From Candidatus Micrarchaeota archaeon (lineage in GTDB: Archaea > Micrarchaeota > Micrarchaeia > Micrarchaeales > CABMGC01): a DNA stretch of 57,627 bases. The translations under genes were made by a program, and so were the position numbers. Of this stretch, positions 54,864-57,627 are shown piece by piece (positions within the stretch are counted from its first letter, which is position 1; each line of letters opens with the position of its first letter). The stretch spans positions 1 to 57,627 of the forward strand of contig JAKAWC010000004.1 in assembly GCA_021817125.1 (NCBI GenBank), in the 5' to 3' direction. The notes under the pieces were generated by a model, which searched no databases, was not told where the DNA came from, and was given only the letters and a program-made list of their open reading frames with translations.

Positions 54864-55619
54864 ATGATAATACCAAAGAAGCTCCCAGACAAGGGAGACA
54901 TTGTCCTGATAAAAATCAACAAGGTCATGCGCTACGGTGCATACTGCGAGCTTGTCGAATACAAGATGGATGCATACCTCCCGATAGGCGAAGTGGCGTC
55001 AGGATGGATCAAGAACATCCACGAATTCATAAGGGAGGGGCAGAAGGACGCGGCAAAAGTCTCGTTCATCGATCCGGTGAAGAACACTGTAGACATATCT
55101 TTGAAAAAGGTCACTACGAAAGAGAAGAAAGACAAAATAAACGACCACAACCTCGAGAAGAGGGCCGAGAAAATATTTAACAACGCGATAGTCGCTTCAA
55201 AACTCGAGGCGAAGAAGCAGGAGATGCTCGCGGCAATCGCGCAGAAAGTGCCGACATACACCGAACTGATAACTCTGATCCACGAGAACAAAGAGGTCCT
55301 GCCGAAAGGCACCGATCCAAAGTTCAAGAAAATCCTCGAGGAGCTTGTCGAGAAGTCAATCCGACCAAGGATCTATCAGGTGTCCTACACAGTCGACCTC
55401 CAATCGTTTGACATGAAGAGGGGGATATCTCTGATAAAGAGTGTGTTGGCTGAAGTGGAAAAGGCAGGAGTCGCAGTGCTGTACATCGGCGCGCCGCACT
55501 ACCAGTTCACATCAGAAGGAAGCGATTATCCTACAGCGGAAAGCAAAATAAAGGCGGCAGAGAAGATCCTCGAAGCGCATAGAGAACTGAGCTTCAGCAT
55601 GAAATCAAACAAGGTTTGA
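54864..55619 (+). CDS. aif2a: Translation initiation factor 2 alpha subunit
   Basis: S1 domain YGAYCELVEY, EVASGWIKNI, VDISLKKV; YIGAPHY. Confidence 0.95.
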   Translation: MIIPKKLPDKGDIVLIKINKVMRYGAYCELVEYKMDAYLPIGEVASGWIKNIHEFIREGQKDAAKVSFIDPVKNTVDISLKKVTTKEKKDKINDHNLEKRAEKIFNNAIVASKLEAKKQEMLAAIAQKVPTYTELITLIHENKEVLPKGTDPKFKKILEELVEKSIRPRIYQVSYTVDLQSFDMKRGISLIKSVLAEVEKAGVAVLYIGAPHYQFTSEGSDYPTAESKIKAAEKILEAHRELSFSMKSNKV

Positions 55620-55621
55620 AG

Positions 55622-56425
55622 ATGGACAAGACCAAGATCTACTACAACAAGAAGGTGAAGCTCACCGATGCGGTGATGATAGTCGGACTTCCGGGGATAG
55701 GAAACGTCGGCAGCCTTGTCGGGAGGTATCTGAAGACAGAGTTCAACGCGGAGAAATTCGGTACGCTATACTCACCACACTTCCCCCACCAGGTAATCAT
55801 GACGAAGAAAGGAGGCATGAGGCTGGTCAGCAACAGGTTCTACCGCTTTAAGAACAAGGCACACGGCAAGGGGGGCAAAGGAGGCAAGAACCACAACGGC
55901 GACATAGTGCTGCTGGTAGGTGATACTCAGGCTGCGTCCCCAGAAGGGCAGTATGAAGTCAACGAGAAGATAATCCAGTTCTTTAAGCACATCGGCGGCA
56001 AGACTGTCTACACCATCGGCGGCTACAACATCAACAACCAGTATGTGCACACTCCACGCGTGTTCGGCGTGGCATCGAACAAAACGCTCAGGGCAACGCT
56101 TTCAAAGAGCGGCATCATATTCGGAAAGGCATCCGGCATGATCTGGGGGTCGGCGGGTCTCCTGCCAGCGTTTGCCAAGAAGCACAACCTCAATTCTGCC
56201 TGCATCATGGGTGAGACCGGTCTCCTGGAGATGGATGCAAACTCCGCGAAGAGCGTGCTCGAAGTCCTATCAAAGGTGCTCGGGATGAAGATCAACCTTG
56301 AAAACATCGACAAAATAAAGCAGGAGACCGAGAAGATGCTCAAGAACCTCGAGGACCTTGCTAAGCATGGGGAAGGGGGAACGGACAACAAGCCCAGCAG
56401 CGAAGGCATGACTTATATAAGATAA
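55622..56425 (+). CDS. PAC2-family proteasome assembly chaperone
   Basis: VGLPGIGNVG, SPHFPHQV, GDTQ, TIGGY, CIMGET, C-terminal YIR (HbYX-like). Confidence 0.9.
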   Translation: MDKTKIYYNKKVKLTDAVMIVGLPGIGNVGSLVGRYLKTEFNAEKFGTLYSPHFPHQVIMTKKGGMRLVSNRFYRFKNKAHGKGGKGGKNHNGDIVLLVGDTQAASPEGQYEVNEKIIQFFKHIGGKTVYTIGGYNINNQYVHTPRVFGVASNKTLRATLSKSGIIFGKASGMIWGSAGLLPAFAKKHNLNSACIMGETGLLEMDANSAKSVLEVLSKVLGMKINLENIDKIKQETEKMLKNLEDLAKHGEGGTDNKPSSEGMTYIR

Positions 56426-56442
56426 CGGATTATCCTAACCGT

Positions 56443-56515
56443 GCGATCTTAGTCTAGCCTGGTAGGACTTTGGCTTCCCAAGCCAACAACCCGGGTTCAA
56501 ATCCCGGAGGTCGCA
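56443..56515 (+). tRNA. tRNA-Gly (CCC)
   Basis: GCGATCT...TTGGC-TTCCCAA-GCCAA...GGTTCAAATCC...AGGTCGC-A. Confidence 0.96.
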
Positions 56516-56761
56516 CCTTGTATTTTGTCACCAATTGATTCTAATTGCCAATGAGTTTTGCCAGCTGGGGCCCAGATCCCTTCCTACGAAGTTCAAATCC
56601 CACCCCTTCCACCTGGAAGTCTTACACCGGACGGAAGATCGAAAATGGTTTTGGTGCCAAAGAACCGAATCACAGTGTCTGCGCCGTTCGAAGTGAAGGA
56701 TAGGCGCCAAAAGAACGAAATCAGAAAGAAGCTATAAATACAGCAGAACAACAATAATCTA

Positions 56762-57403
56762 GTGATTATGATGACAGTAGCATTACAACCCAGAAGATCA
56801 AGTCAGGAGACCAAGACTCCCTGCCCAAGGGTGCCAGACGGGCAGGCTCTCACACCGGTCAGGGATGCGTTCCAGACTGCGAAGTCGCTGGGCGGACCCC
56901 TTTGGACTGCAACCGAAGCGATTGGAGATGTAGGCGAACTGGCAAAGGCGAAGGAAGGTGGGTACATACTGGCTGTAGATCCGAAAGATCTGCCAAGAAC
57001 TGAGGGCTGGTATATCATCACGCGCAAGGACGGAAAAGTGACTTATGAATTTATAAAACCCAAGAGGGGCGAGGACATCCCCGAGAAAATAGGGATGCTC
57101 TTATCAAAGGGACGCTACAACGAAGTATTATATATAACTGAAAGAGCAATAAAAGCCGCTGAGAAAGGGGGTGCCGTGGCGCTAAGCATCGACTACTACT
57201 GCTACGGCAGGATTAGGAGGCGCCTCTACATCAATGACAGGCCGAACGTCGGTGCTCGGGTGGGGCTGTCAGGCAAAGCCCGCGAAGCTGGTGCGCTGCT
57301 TGGCGAAATCACAGCCGATATGGAATCCCTGAAAACAGGTCTGTCCGCCTTGCAGGAAAAGGTTACGGCGCTGCAAAACGCCCTTAGGGATACAAAGCAA
57401 TAA
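56762..57403 (+). CDS. Hypothetical protein with C-terminal coiled coil
   Basis: 213-aa ORF, upstream TATAAATA box, heptad-like C-terminus. Confidence 0.6.
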   Translation: MIMMTVALQPRRSSQETKTPCPRVPDGQALTPVRDAFQTAKSLGGPLWTATEAIGDVGELAKAKEGGYILAVDPKDLPRTEGWYIITRKDGKVTYEFIKPKRGEDIPEKIGMLLSKGRYNEVLYITERAIKAAEKGGAVALSIDYYCYGRIRRRLYINDRPNVGARVGLSGKAREAGALLGEITADMESLKTGLSALQEKVTALQNALRDTKQ

Positions 57404-57627
57404 ATAATCCCGTTTCATATTCCCTTTGCTTAGGTTTGCACGAGCGAAGTTTTTAGATAGTTTCAAGATATATTAAGCACTCTCATTTGCGCATCGCCGT
57501 TTATAGCTTCCCTTGAAAGTTTTACAACACTTTCGGTGCAGAAAGTAGCGTCTCTATAGGTATCAACGGTGCGATTCTCCTTATCGTTTCGGACGCCATA
57601 GACTTTACGAACCGGTCGATTGCAAAC

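Noticed and set aside
1-57627. CRISPR array, integrase, transposase, intein or defence system
   Set aside because: No regularly spaced repeats or recognisable recombinase/transposase motifs were seen; RadA and the other usual intein hosts are of normal length.
57404-57627. Partial gene at the right edge
   Set aside because: Two minus-strand frames are open into the edge, and the fragment is too short to choose between them or assign a function.

Overview
Archaeal chromosomal segment, most consistent with a DPANN archaeon of the Micrarchaeota (ARMAN-like). The assignment rests on an epsilon2-type three-unit tRNA splicing endonuclease, archaeal information-processing genes, TATA-type promoters and GTGAT-NNN-ATG ribosome-binding sites. 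It is mostly core genome: PCNA, PriS, an atypical PriL, GINS15, RadA, TFE, aIF1, aIF2-alpha, a ribosomal protein block (eL15, Pcc1, uL3, uL4, uL23, uL2, uS19, uL22, uS3, uL29, aIF1), an 11-subunit complex I-like (nuo) cluster without nuoEFG, a dTMP synthesis cluster (glyA, dcd, dut, thyX) and five tRNAs (Asp, intron-containing Tyr, Glu, iMet, Gly). I saw no CRISPR array, integrase or transposase. Most notable observations: (1) uL29 has no ATG/GTG/TTG start, appears to initiate at AUA, and is TAATG-coupled to the start-codon fidelity factor aIF1, a possible autoregulatory circuit; (2) PriL has a PriX-like domain in place of its Fe-S domain and is followed by twin micro zinc-finger genes; (3) complex I has a mucin-like, sequon-rich NuoN tail, a DUF2079 GT-C-like gene inside the operon, and nuoM moved behind a membrane-bound double AAA ATPase; (4) unexplained structured-RNA candidates, including a pair bracketing a winged-helix gene; (5) a decayed DUF1599 pseudogene and tRNA-adjacent accessory genes. 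All calls come from motif recognition by eye; no database searches or folding programs were run.
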